From: Chrysemys picta bellii
Taxonomy: Eukaryota
Length of the DNA stretch: 64,000 bases
Direction: 5' to 3'
Assembly: GCF_011386835.1 (NCBI RefSeq)
Contig: NC_088807.1
Location: 26,350,001-26,414,000 of the forward strand
Both the position numbers and the translations under genes were made by a program. The notes below the pieces were generated by a model that saw nothing but the letters and a program-made list of their open reading frames with translations, ran no database searches and was not told the DNA's origin. Of this stretch, positions 27,601-39,586 are shown one piece after another; the stretch's first letter is position 1, and each line of letters starts with the position of its first letter.

Positions 27601-30600
27601 AACCTACCAGACGCAGCACGCAGAGAGCCAGAGCGCGGAGAACAAACTGCGGGAGGCCGAGCGGCAGGAGGAGAAGAGGGGGGGCCGGCAGCCCCCCGAG
27701 CCGGGGGGAGCCGGGCAGGACAAGCTGGCCCGACGCGCCTCCCTCCGCAAGGGGGAGCGGCTGGTGGAGAAGGTGAGCTGGGAGGAGGGGGCCTGGGGCT
27801 CATGGGGGGCAGGGAAGTGGGGGGGGCGGCTCTGTGCTTTGGGGGGCAGAGGCTCGGGGGGGTTGGCTGCCCCCCCCCGCTGACGGGTCTCTCCCCCCCG
27901 CCCCCCCCCCCCAGCGCCAGGCCCGGTTCCTGGCAGCGCAATCGAAGTGCACAGGAGCCCGGAACGATTATCTCCTGCACCTGGGGTCCACCAACGCCGT
28001 CCTCCGCAACTACTACCTGCAGGACGTCTCCGACATCCTCGACGTACGCGGGACCCAGGCGTCCGGGGAATGGGACCCAGGCCTCCGACAAGGCTGGATG
28101 CTCCAGGGGATTGAGGGGCACCAGCAGGGCGGGGGCTGGGTTCGGGGGCTGCGGGTCGGGAGTGAGGGGCACCGGGGGCTGCGGGTCGGGAGTGAGGGGC
28201 GCTGGCAGGGCTGGGGGGGGCAGGGCTGGGCTAGCAGGGGCTGCGGGTCGGGAGTGAGGGGCATCGGCAGGGCTGGGCTAGCAGGGGGCTGCAGGTCGGG
28301 AGTGAGGGGGCACCGGCAGGGCTGGGGGGCAGGGCCGGGCTAGCAGGGCCTGCGGGTCGGGAGTGAGGGGCACCGTCAGGGGCTGGGTTCGGGGGGCTAC
28401 AGGTCGGGAGTGAGGGGCACCGGCAGGGGCTGGGCTCGGGGGCTGCGTGTCGGGAGTGAGGGGCGCCGGCGGGGCGGGGCTGGGCCGGCCTTGGGGGGCG
28501 CCGGGCCGGGGTTCAGGGGTGTGTCTCCCCGCAGTGCTCGGACCTCGGGTTCCATCTCTCCCTGGGCCGCCTGCTGCGGACGTACCTGGCGGCCGAGGGT
28601 CGGGCCCAGAGCTCCTGGGGGGAGGGGTTGGGGGCGCTGGAGGGGGCCGTGCTGGCCCTGGACCCCCCCGGGGACAAGGCTCGGCTGATGGAGGCCAACC
28701 CGGCCGCGTACTGCCCCCCCCCGCGCTTCGAGTACCACCCCCATGAGGGCGACGAGGTGAGAGGGGGTCTCGGGGGAGGTATCGGGGGAGGGGATGAAGG
28801 TGGGGCGGGGGAGGGGATAAAGGTGGGGGGAGGGGATGAAGGTGGGGCGGGGGGAGGGTAAGATGGGTGTGGGGGGAGGGGGAGGGGATGAAGGTGGGGT
28901 GGAGGAGGGGATCAAGGTGGGGCGGGGGGAGGGTAAGATAGGGGGAGGGGGAGGGGATGAAGGTGGGTGGAGGAGGGGATCAAGGTGGGGCGGGGGGAGG
29001 GTAAGATGGGAGGAGGGGGAGGGGTGAAGATGGGGGGGGGGGGGAGGGGATGAAGGCGGGGCAGGGGGAGGGGAAGATGGGTGTGGGGGGAGGGGGAGGG
29101 GATGAAGGTGGGGCAGGGGGTGGGGGAGGGTAGATGGGGGTGGGGGTGGGGCGGCAGCGGTAGATATAGGGGGTGGGAACAACCATCGCCCCCCCTTTTC
29201 CCCCCAGGTGTCGGAGGTCCAGGCCGTGGGGTCCCTGCGCCCGGAGCTGCTGCTGCAGTGGCAGGCCATCGAGACGCGGCTGAAGGACCTGAGCCTGGAG
29301 ACCGAGGAGGTGGGGTCGGGGGAGTGGGGAGGTCGGGGGGGCAGGGAGCGGGGGGGCTGGACGCTCACAGCTGGGGTGTTGGCACATGGGGAAACTGAGG
29401 CAGACACGGTGCAGAACTCAGGTCCAACGTGACCAGGGAAAAGCCACGTTTCACGGGTCGGGGGGGGGGCCGCTCGCGCCAATGGCTGCTGCTGCAAAGG
29501 ATTCTGGGACCTGGCGCCGGGCTCCCCCCTCACCCCTCCCGTGGCCCCCCCAGGTGAACAAGACGCTGCAGGCGACGCTGAGCAGCTTCCGGGAACTGCT
29601 GGGGGCGGAGGAGCCCGAGGTGCTGGAGGCGTTTTGGGGGGCCGGGCTCGGCTGAGTCGCTGCGGGGGGCCAGTGCCGAGGGGCGCAGTGGGGCCAAGCG
29701 ACGGGCCCAGCAGCTGGAGACAGAGACCTTCTACCTCACGGTACGGCCCCCCCCCGGCGTGTGAAACCCCCGCCCCACAGAGCCCTGACCCATGGCGCCC
29801 CACAGAGCCCTGACCCATGGCACCCCGCAGCCCCACGGAGCCCCGACCCACAGCCCCCACAGGGCCCCTCACCCCCACCCCACGGTGCCCCGCACTGCCC
29901 CCTCTGCTGTCCCCCATGCTCCCCATTGCGCCCCGCAGCCCCACCCCCCCGCCCCACGGCGCCCCACAGCCCCTCCGTGTCCCTCACTCCCGCCCCGCCC
30001 GGCTGATCCTGTCCCCCCCGCAGAAGCTGGAGCTGTTCCTGACGCGACGGAGCATCGGGGCGAAGTTACAGTCGAAGCTGGAGACGCTGGGCGAGGCCAT
30101 CGCGAAGGGTGAGCGGGGACGGGGGTGGGGGGGAGAGAAAGGACCCAGGTGTCCGGGCGTTAACTCTGTGTGACGGCTTCGGTCACAGAGACCCCCTTGG
30201 GACTGTCACCTGACGTGCTGAGTTCACCTCGGAGCCCATTTTCCCTGCCAGCCGGGCACTGCAGAACCGGCCGTGTGGAGCCAGACGCGCCAGCCGGCTG
30301 CAACCCAGAGCCACGTCTGGGCCACGGCCCCAAAGCCTCAGGTGTTAACCAAGAACTGCCCTGCAGGTTCCCTGCCTCCAGCCCCCCAGCTCCCCGTGGG
30401 GTCCGAACCCCCCAAAACCCCTTTCACTCGGTCTAAAGCTTATCCAGGCTAAACTCAGAACCTGTCCCCCTCGATAACCCTGAGAGCGAGATGCACAGCT
30501 GTGTGATCCCCAGCTATTAATTACTTACTCTGGGTTCATTAATAAACAAAAGTGATTTTATAAAAAGTCAGATTCAAGTGGTTCCGCGTAGTAACAGACA

Positions 30601-33600
30601 GAACAAAGTAAGTTACCAGGCAACATGAAACAAAAACCCGCAAGTCTGAGTCTGATGCCTTTAAAAAACTTGTTACAGATAAAATCTCAGCCTCCGAGAT
30701 GTTCCAATGAGCTTCTTTCACAGCCTAGACCCCTTCCTAGTCTGGGCCCGACCCTCCCCGGCACGGCCCTTGTTCCAGCTCAGGGGGGAGCTGGGGGGTT
30801 TCTCATGACTGCCGCCCCCTTTCTTCTGTCCCCCCCTTATATCGCCTTGGCCCAAGGCAGGAACCCTTCGTCCCTCCGGGTCCCGTCCCCCCCACTGGAA
30901 AAGCCCCAGGGTTAAGATGGATTCCAGGCCCGGGTGACATGGTCACATGTCCTGGGAGCCCCCCAAGCCTGGCTCCCAGGGCCCTGCCTGCAAACAGAGC
31001 CACCCCCAGCCAATTGTCCCGGCTAACGGGAGCCACCAGGAACGGCCCCCACTTGGCATCATGACAACAGGCCCCCCGAGTTAGTTCCTATTTCTAGTCC
31101 CAGATCCACGAGTGAGACATTTATACAGACACGACGGCCACGCCCCGGAGATTGTCCCGTACGAGAGCCCGTTGGCGTGAAACATGTTCCAGTTACGTCC
31201 TAGTCACTCTTAGCATGTTTCCATGTCCTCACGCTCTGCCTCTCGCTTTCTCTGCAGCAGCCGCTGAGGACGGAGAGGAGCTCAGGTGAGGGGGGCCGTG
31301 GGGGAGGGGGGTTGGGGGGGGTCCCAGGGCTGGCAGCTCTAGGTCTCCCCCCCCCCCCAGATATCCTGGCCCCTTAGGCACCGGGGGGGGGGGGCTCTGG
31401 CAGAGCTGGGGGGTGTCCCCGGGATCCCCCACCTCAGTGTCTGACGTGTTCTTCCCCCCCCCCCACAGGGCCCTTCCACGCGCCTCCCTCCCCCGCGTCC
31501 CGGCCGCGTTCGCCTCCTTCCCCACAGACCTGGAGGACTTTGTGCAGGTACCAGCCCCCCCTCCCCCACGCTGCGTCCCCCCCTGGCTGGCTCAGTCCGC
31601 AGCTTCCCCCAGGCCCCCGTTGGTCCCTGTGGGGTGGGGGTGGGGGGTCTCCTGCCCCCCAGCGCTGGTGCCAGGAGCTGCCCCTCGTGCGCTTTGCTGA
31701 AGCCTGGGGGGTGGATCCAGTGTCCCCTAGCCCCTCCCCCACCAATGGGGCAGAGGCTGGGGGTCCCTGGTGTCTGATCTCCCCACCCCCCACAGAAATC
31801 TGGCCAGGCTGTCCCGCTGGTGGTGGAGAGCTGCATCCGATTCATCACCCTGCACGGTAAGGCCTGGGTCCCCCTCGCCTCGCCCCGTCCCGGACGCCTG
31901 GGTCCCATTCTCTCCCCTGTGCCTGGGGCTTGGACTGCTGCTGTCCTGGACGCCTGGGTCCCATTCTCCCGTCCCTGGGGCTTGGAGTGCTGCCGTCCCG
32001 GCCGCCTGGGTCCCCCTCACCCCATCCCGGACGTCTGGGTCCCATTCTCCCCCGTCCCGGATGCCTGGGTCCTGGGCTGCCCGTCCCACGCCGGGTTCTC
32101 CCCACAGGTCTCCAGCACGAGGGATCTTCCGGGTGCCGGGATCCCAGATGCGAGTGACTGAAATCCGGGAGGCCTTCGAGAGAGGTGAGGGGGGGCCGGG
32201 TGGGAGGGGGATGGTGGGGGGGGAGACCGAGGGAGCTGCCCCCCCCTCACCACTGCCCCCCCTGCTCCCCCCACAGGCGAGGACCCGCTGGCGGGTGGCT
32301 CCTACCCCCGGGACCTGGACTCGGTCGCCGGGCTCCTGAAGTCGTTTTTTTCGGGGGCTGCAGAAGCCCCTTTTTCCGCCGGACGTTTTCCCGGAGCTGC
32401 TGGTGATGGCCCGTTGAGGTCTCCCCCCCCCCCCCCCCGCCCCGTGTGACCCACCCCCAGCGTGTCCCCCCGTGTGCCCCACCCCCTGTCCCCGTCTCCC
32501 CCATGGACCCCCGTCTCCGTCCCTCCCCCTGGCCTCGGGCTGTTCTTTGCCCCCCAGCTGACCCTACCGCTCCCCCCCAGAGCTGGAGTCCCCGTCCGAG
32601 CGCATCTCCCACCTCCGCACCCTCCTGGCCCGGCTCCCGGCGCCCGTGGTCGTCGTCCTACGATATCTTTTCGCCTTCCTCAACCAGTGAGTGGTCGGGG
32701 GGCGGGGCAGGGGTGACTCGGTGGGGGGCACCATGGGGGCCATAGGGCAGGGGGCTCAGCGGGGGCGCGGGTGACTCGGTGGGGGGCTGGGCAGTCGGGC
32801 AGGGCGGGGGTGACTCGGTGGGGGGCACTGTGGGGTGGGGGGCTGAGTCATGGGGCAGGGCGGGGGTGACTCGGTGGGGGGCACCGTGGGGTGGGGGGGC
32901 TGGGCCGTGGGGCAGGGCGGGGGTGACTCGGTGGGGGGTGCCGTGGGGCGGGGGGCTCAGCCTCTGCCTTTCCCCCCCCCCCAGCGTGTCCCAGCACAGC
33001 GAGGAGAACATGATGAACCCCTACAATCTGGCCGTCTGCTTCGGGCCCACGCTGGCGGCCGCCCCCCCCGGCCTGGACCCCGTCTCCACCCAGCCCCACG
33101 CCAACGAGGCCGTGAAGTGCCTGATCCTGTACCCCGAGGCCACCTTCCCGCCCCCCGACCAGCTGCCCGGCCCCCTGTACGAGCGCTGCCTGGCGCCGCC
33201 CGACGAGGACGGGTAAGTGGGGGGCAGGGGATTTCCCGGGGGTGGGGGGACCCTGATGGGGGGCAGGACCCCGATCTCACCCCCTCTCTCCCCCCCCCCA
33301 GGGAGACGCTGCCCCTGGACCCCGCGGCTGAGGAGAGCGAGGGGGATGGGCCCCCCGAGACATCGACTGTGGCCAGTGAGGATGGTGAGGGGAAGGAAGG
33401 TCCCTTCCTGCCCCAGATCTGCCATTGGAGAGGGTCCCACCCTCTGGGGGTTGGCCCCCCAAGGGCCCCACTCTGCACACAACAGCCACCCAGTGCCCTG
33501 GGGGGCAGCATTGAGGGGTGCCGGCGGGGGGGAGGCCCTAGGGGGCACGGGCAGGGGGCTCTGATGGGAGGGGTTGGGGGCCCTAGGGGGTTGGGGGGCT

Positions 33601-34790
33601 CCTGGAGGAGGGCTTTAGGGTGCTGGTGGAAGAGGGTTGGGGCCCTTGGAGGCGTTGGCAGGGGTCGGGGTGTGCTGGCGGAAGAGGGAGGCTGCGGGGG
33701 GCTGGGGGGCTCTGGAGGGTGGGGGCCCATGGGGGCTGGGGGCTCCAGTGTGGTCTGACGTGTCCCCCCGCCCCCCAGACCCGCAGGGACCCCCCCGAGG
33801 CCGTGGCCCGGTTCTCCTACGAGGGGCGCTCGTCCCAGGAGCTCTCGTTCCAGCCGGGTGACCGGATCCGGCTGCTGGCCAAGGCCTCCCCAGACTGGTG
33901 GCGTGGGGAGCTGGGGGGGGCCCGTGGCCTGGTTCCCCACAAGTACATCAGCCTGATCCCCAGGTGAGGGGGGTGCAGGGGGCTGGAGGGAGGGGGCTGG
34001 GGGGAGGGGGGAGAACAGCCCCCCTAACTAAGTCACCTGCCCCCCAGCACCGGGAAAAGCCGGAGTCGCCGAACCTCGGGGTCGGACGGAGATGCCGGGT
34101 CTCCCCCAGCTGAGCCGACACCAGAGTCAATCAGCAGGTGAGGGGGGGTCCTCGGTTACATGGCCCCTGCCCCGCCCCCAAGGGGACCCCAGACACCTGC
34201 CCCCCCCACCTGTCCTGGAGGGGTCCCCGGATAACCAGCCCCCGGATACCCGGCCCCCCGCCCCGGAGTGGGCCCCGGATAACCAGCCCCTGCCCCGCCC
34301 CCGAAGGGGACCCCGAATACCCGGCCTCGCCCCTGAGGGGTCCCAGATAACCAGCCCCCGGATACCCAGCCCCCTGCCCCCACCTCTGAGGGGTCCCCGA
34401 ATACCCAGCCCCCCACCTCTGAGTGGACCCCATCTGACCCCCCCCTTTCTCTAGCAGGCTGCGGGTGAACTCGGAGGGCAGCCGGGGGCGCCAGCGACCT
34501 GGGACCAGCCCCATCCGCAAACTGGCTTCTCCCTTCATCGACTCGGGGCGTCTGCCTTTCCCCCTTCAGCCCCCCAGTGCCCCCCGGGCTGTCGACAGGT
34601 GAGACCCCCCTCCCCGGGCAAGAGGTCCCTGGGGAGCCAGCCCCACCCCAGAGGTGGCTGCCCCGACTCTCTCCCTTCTCTCTGCCAACACTGCCTTTCC
34701 TCCTCCAGGACGGAGCGGGGGGCTCTGGGGGTTGGCCTCTCCGGCAGAGAGAAACAAGGGGCCCCGGAGAAGCACGTGGAGATGGATAAG
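24635..34790 (+). CDS. ARHGAP4: Rho GTPase-activating protein 4 (F-BAR, RhoGAP, SH3), copy 1; 22 coding exons visible, last exon lost in the gap; several homopolymer frameshifts
   Basis: Exons 24635-24701, 26564-26754, 27027-27189, 27455-27517, 27593-27772, 27915-28043, 28535-28756, 29208-29309, 29554-29740, 30024-30108, 31258-31285, 31469-31547, 31796-31856, 32108-32184, 32277-32412, 32581-32686, 32985-33212, 33302-33384, 33779-33963, 34048-34137, 34458-34598, 34709-34790. Motifs QAEYEAQAKE, EYSRGLEKL, ALDPPGDKA, VPLVVESCIRFI, ENMMNPYNLAVCFGPTL, SH3 DWWRGE...GLVPHKYI, PEKHVEMDK. Confidence 0.93.
25243..25672 (-). repeat. MIR-head tandem array in ARHGAP4 intron 1 (copy 2 at 58080-58600)
   Basis: About 6 reverse-complement units GGGAGAGAACCCAGGAGTCCTGGCTCCCAGCCCCCCTGCTCTAACCACCAGCCCCC. 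Confidence 0.85.
26200..26520 (+). repeat. ~41-bp pyrimidine-rich minisatellite before ARHGAP4 exon 2 (copy 2 at 59130-59495)
   Basis: Tandem ACTCCTGGGTCCCTTCCCTGCTCCTCTCTGCCCCACCCC. Confidence 0.85.
28780..29150 (+). repeat. Purine-rich minisatellite in ARHGAP4 intron 7 (copy 2 at 62180-62520)
   Basis: Tandem GGGGAGGGGATGAAGGTGGGGC / GGGGAGGGTAAGATGGG. Confidence 0.8.
29384..29430 (-). mobile_element. MIR core fragment (similar fragment at about 21500-21522)
   Basis: CACATGGGGAAACTGAGGCA is the reverse complement of the MIR core TGCCTCAGTTTCCCC. Confidence 0.55.
30169..31233. mobile_element. Solo LTR (1065 bp) with 5-bp TSD CTCTG in ARHGAP4 intron 10
   Basis: Starts TGTGACGG, ends ...CTCACG (CA changed to CG); CTCTG at 30164-30168 and 31234-31238; AT-rich core unlike the flanks. 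Orientation not determined. Confidence 0.78.
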
Positions 34791-34863
34791 GTAAGTTTTG
34801 GGGGATGTACCCCAGCCCCCCTTGGGGCTGACCCCCCCACCCTCCCCAGTGCTGGCCCCCACC

Positions 34864-35363
34864 NNNNNNNNNNNNNNNNNNNNNNNNNNNNNNNNNNNNN
34901 NNNNNNNNNNNNNNNNNNNNNNNNNNNNNNNNNNNNNNNNNNNNNNNNNNNNNNNNNNNNNNNNNNNNNNNNNNNNNNNNNNNNNNNNNNNNNNNNNNNN
35001 NNNNNNNNNNNNNNNNNNNNNNNNNNNNNNNNNNNNNNNNNNNNNNNNNNNNNNNNNNNNNNNNNNNNNNNNNNNNNNNNNNNNNNNNNNNNNNNNNNNN
35101 NNNNNNNNNNNNNNNNNNNNNNNNNNNNNNNNNNNNNNNNNNNNNNNNNNNNNNNNNNNNNNNNNNNNNNNNNNNNNNNNNNNNNNNNNNNNNNNNNNNN
35201 NNNNNNNNNNNNNNNNNNNNNNNNNNNNNNNNNNNNNNNNNNNNNNNNNNNNNNNNNNNNNNNNNNNNNNNNNNNNNNNNNNNNNNNNNNNNNNNNNNNN
35301 NNNNNNNNNNNNNNNNNNNNNNNNNNNNNNNNNNNNNNNNNNNNNNNNNNNNNNNNNNNNNNN
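34864..35363. other. Assembly gap (500 N)
   Basis: Exactly 500 N; the sequence to the right restarts at the equivalent of position 4988. Confidence 0.99.
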
Positions 35364-35599
35364 GGTGGAAGTTGGGGGGCTGGGAGGATGTGGGAGGCAG
35401 GGGGGTATTTGGGGGTCCAAGAGGCAGGAATGGGGGGTGGGGCACAGGGTGGGTTGGGGGCTGACCCTTCCCCAGTGGGGGGATCAGGGGGCTGTTGGGG
35501 ATTGGGGGGCCTGCCTGGGACTGATGCGGGGGGGCTATGACTGGTGGGGGGGGGCTGCAGTTTCACCCTCCGCTGCCCCCATCGCCCGTCCCCCCCCAG

Positions 35600-37445
35600 C
35601 TCTCCCGGCGCTGGAAGGACAGTGACCGTGACGATTTCCTGGACGACTTCGGCTCCGAGCACGAACGCGAAATGAGACCCCGAGCGACCCCTGGGCAGCA
35701 GGTGAGGGGCGCCGTGGGGCAGGGGGCTGGGCAGGGGGCGCTGTGGGGAGGGGGCTAGGCAGTGGGAGTCATGAGTGGGGGTTTGGCAGGGGGCTGGGCG
35801 GAGGGGCTCTCCCCTGGCAGTCAGGGCCCGCTGCCCCTCGGAGGGTGGGGAACCAGGGGGCTGGGCAGGGGGAGCCATGGGGAGGGGGCTCAGCAGGGAT
35901 GCCAGGGGGTGGGGAACTGGGGGGCTGGCCTGGGGATGCCGGGGGGCGGGGAACCGGGGGGCTGGTCAGGGGGAGCTGAGGGGCAGGGGGCTGGACCAGG
36001 GATGCTGGGGGCGGGGAACCGGGGGGCTGGGCAGGGGGAGCCGGGGGGCAGGGGGCTCGGCGGGGGTGCCGGGGAACGGGGAACCGGGGGGCTGGACCAG
36101 GGATGCTGGGGGGCGGGGAACTGGGGGGCTGGGGAAGGGAAGCCAGGGGGCGGGGGCTGGGCAGGGGGCTCGGCAGGGTGCTGGGGGCCGGGTTGCGTCT
36201 GAATTAAAGTCAGCTTCACCTCAATCTCCCCCATCTCTGCCCCCCCAGCCTGCCGCGGCCCCTGCCCCGCCCAGCGCCGGCCCCCCGCTCCCCCCCAGCC
36301 AGGAGCTGGACAGCGGGGTGGGCCGGACGGACGAGAGCACCCGGAACGAGGAGAGCTCGGAGCACGACCTGCTGGGGGACGAGCCCCCCCAGCTCGGCCG
36401 GCACCCCGGCCCCCCAGCGTCGCCCCGGCCCCGCTGCAGGCCCGGGACTTCCACTTCAGCCTGGACTCGCTGCTGCCCGCGCCCGAGGTGCCGGGGCTGA
36501 CGGACGCCGAGTCCGAGCGGTACCGGGAGCTGCTGGAGCTGCGGGGGCACCTGGCCAACGGGAACGGCCCCGGCGCCCTGCGGCCCGGCCTGGACCTCGA
36601 CCTCAACCGCAACCGCGCGGCGCTGCTGGAGGAGGAGCTGCGGCACCTCCAGTTCAAATGCCGCAACATCCTTCGGGCGCAGAAGATGCAGCGGCTGCGC
36701 GAGCGCTGTCTCAAGGCCTGGCTGCTGGAGGAGGAGGGGGGGCCCCCCCCGGCCGGCGAGGGGCCCCCCCCCGGCCCCGCTGGCCGACATCACCGAGGTG
36801 CCCGAGCGCTCGGAGAAGGACAGCACCAGCGCCTACAACACGGGCGAGAGCTGCCGGAGCACCCCGCTGCTGGAGAGCCCCGGCCCGCGCCCCGACCCCC
36901 CGCCCAAGCCGGGCCGGCTCCGGCGCCCCCGGGAGGGCAGCCCCGGGCTGGCGCGCCGGGCGCGGGACGAGAGCCCGGCGCCCGGCGGGCTGGCGGGCGG
37001 CGCCCGGGCGGAGTGGAAGGGGAAGGCGCGGGGCGAGGGCACCCGGCGCCCGGGCCGGGACCGGCTGCTCAAGGCGCGGGCGCTGAAGATCCGGGAGGAG
37101 CGGAGCGGCATGACCACGGACGACGACGCCGTCAGCGAGATGAAGATGGGCCGGTACTGGAGCAAGGAGGAGCGCAAGCAGCAGCTGCTGCGGGCCCGGG
37201 AGCAGCGCCGGCGCCGGGAACTCATGCTGCAGAGCCGGCTCGACTGGCAGCGGGAGGCGGGGGGGGCCCCGGGGGCCCCCGACCAGCTCACCATCCTGGC
37301 CCTCAGCCACCGCAAGAGCCTCAAGAAACGCAGCCGGCGCATCCTGGACAATTGGATCACGATCCAGGAGATGCTGGCGCACGGCGCCCGCTCGGCCGAC
37401 GGGCACCGGGTCTACAACCCGCTGCTGTCCGTCACCACCGTCTGA
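35600..37445 (+). CDS. PDZD4: PDZD4 copy 2; exons 35600-35701 and 36249-37445; three +1 C insertions (about 36390, 36427, 36772)
   Basis: Same peptides as copy 1. The last exon is 1197 versus 1194 nt, all extra bases in C-runs; as written, a TGA at 36498-36500 truncates it. Confidence 0.85.
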
Positions 37446-38814
37446 GCGGGCGGGGCCAGGCCTGGAGACTCGCTTTCTCCCCCATGTGCCAGGATTTGGG
37501 GGTGATCCTGCCTCCCCCACGTCGCCACCATCGCAGGACCCGGGGCCCCCCACTTGTCCAGGACTGGGGGAGCCCCATCCCGACAGAGCAGGACAGAGGG
37601 GGGCCCCTGGTGCTGCTCCTGGACATGCCTGGCTGCTCAGACAAGGGGGAGATTTGGGGAGTCCCCCAATGCTGCTCCAGCCCCCCCTGCCCTACAGGGG
37701 CCCCCCAGGATCGGAACCGGGGGCGTGAAGCACAAAGACACTCAGTCAGGCGGGGGGAGGGGGGGGGACAAAAGCCCCTCCCAGATGCTCCCCCCCAGGG
37801 TGGTTTTTATGTCGTGTCTGTGATTCGTGTCTGGTCAGTTCATCGTTTGTCTGAGTCTGGCAGGGGAGACACCTGCCCCCCTCTTCCCCCCCAGCAGATC
37901 CTGAGACCCCCACTTCCCCCTGAACCCCCAGATCCCACTGCCCCCGAGCCCCCCACTTCCCCCTGATCCCTCCGAACCCCAGATCCCACTGCCCCCTCCC
38001 CCCAGCAGATTCCAAGCCCCCCCTTCCCCCTGAGCCCCCCGAACCCAGATCCCACTGCTACCAAGCCCCCCACTGGCCCCCACCCCCCAGCAGATCCTGC
38101 CACCCCTGAGCCCCCCACTTCCCCCTCCTCCCCCCAGCAGATCCCACTGCCCCCGAGCCCCCCACTGCCCCCCAAACACCAGCCCTCCCACTTCCCTCCC
38201 AGAGCCGGGGAGAGAACCCAGGAGTCCTGGCTCCCAGCCCCCCCTGCTGTGACCCACCAGCCCCCACTCCCATCCCAGAGCTGGGGAGAGAACCCAGGAG
38301 TCCTGGCTCCCAGCCTGCCCTGCTCTGACCCACCATCCCCCGTCCCGCCCCGATCTGTGATGTCTGTGTGCACAGCTGCCGGAGCGGGGGGCAGGGTCTG
38401 CCGGACGCCTGGGTCCGGAGCCGAATCTGCCTGGTCAGAATAAAGCAAAACCTTTTTACTCCTTTCAGGCGGCTGCGTCCGGAGCCTTTTCTGTCGCGAA
38501 CCCCCCCCCCCCCCCCCCCAGCCTGGGCCCGGGACCCAGAAGCTGGGCTGCCCCCCCCCACGGGAATGGCCCCCCAGGGGTCTCAGCTTCCAGCCCCCCC
38601 CCACTCTAACCACCAGATTCCACTCCCCTCCCCTCTCCTCCCCTCCCAGAGCCGGGGAGAGAACCCAGGAGTCCGGGCTCCCAGCCCTGCATTAGGGGTG
38701 GTGATTGGCTGGCTGGGGACGGGGGGGGGGGCGAAAAACAAGGAAACAATTTTATGGTGATTCCGGCTGCCCAGTGAAGCTGCAACAGGAAATTCCAGCC
38801 CCACAGGCGTTGCC

Positions 38815-39305
38815 CCCCACTCCCGACCCGCAGCCCCCCAGCCCCGCCGGCGCCCCCCACTCCCGACCCGCAGCCCCCCAGCCCCGCCGGCGCCCCCCAC
38901 TCCCGACCCGCAGCCCCGAGCCCCGCCGGCGCCCCTCACTCCCGACCCGCAGCCCCGCCGGCGTTGCCCCCCACTCCCGACCCGCAGCCCCCAGCCCCGC
39001 CGGCGCCCCCCACTCCCGACCCGCAGCCCCCAGCCCCGCCGGCGCCCCTCACTCCCGACCCGCAGCCCCCAGCCCCGCCGGCGCCCCCCACTCCCGACCC
39101 GCAGCCCCCCAGCCCCGCCGGCGCCCCTCACTCCCGACCCGCAGCCCCCCAGCCCCACAGGCGTTGCCCCCCACTCCCGACCCGCAGCCCCCCAGCCCCA
39201 CAGGCGTTGCCCCCCACTCCCGACCCGCAGCCCCCCAGCCCCGCCGGCGCCCCCCACTCCCGACCCGCAGCTCCGCCGGCGCCCCTCGCTCCCGACCCGC
39301 AGCCC
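38815..39305 (-). repeat. Expanded CCCCACTCCCGACCCGCAGCCCC array (only about 70 bp at 8335-8410 in copy 1)
   Basis: About 12 tandem units versus about 2 at the homologous site. Confidence 0.85.
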
Positions 39306-39586
39306 CTGCTAGCCTGGTCCTGGGCTCCCCCCAGCTGTGACCACCAGCTCCCAGCCCCACCCCCCTCCCAGAGCCAGGAGAGAACCCAGGAGTCCGGGCT
39401 CCCGGCCTCTGCCCCAGTCCCTAGAAGTTGATACCATCTTCCTAGCATGAGTCCCCGACTAATGAGGCGTTGAATGACGTGCAAGAAACATTGGGGCGGG
39501 GGGGGTGGTGGCCTGGGGGGGGGTGTGAATTCCTGGGCAGGGGGAAGCTGTTGTAACAGCCTTAAAGTCCCTAAATCTCCAGGGGT

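Noticed and set aside
34156-35878. ORFs crossing the N run
   Set aside because: Artefacts of translating the gap.
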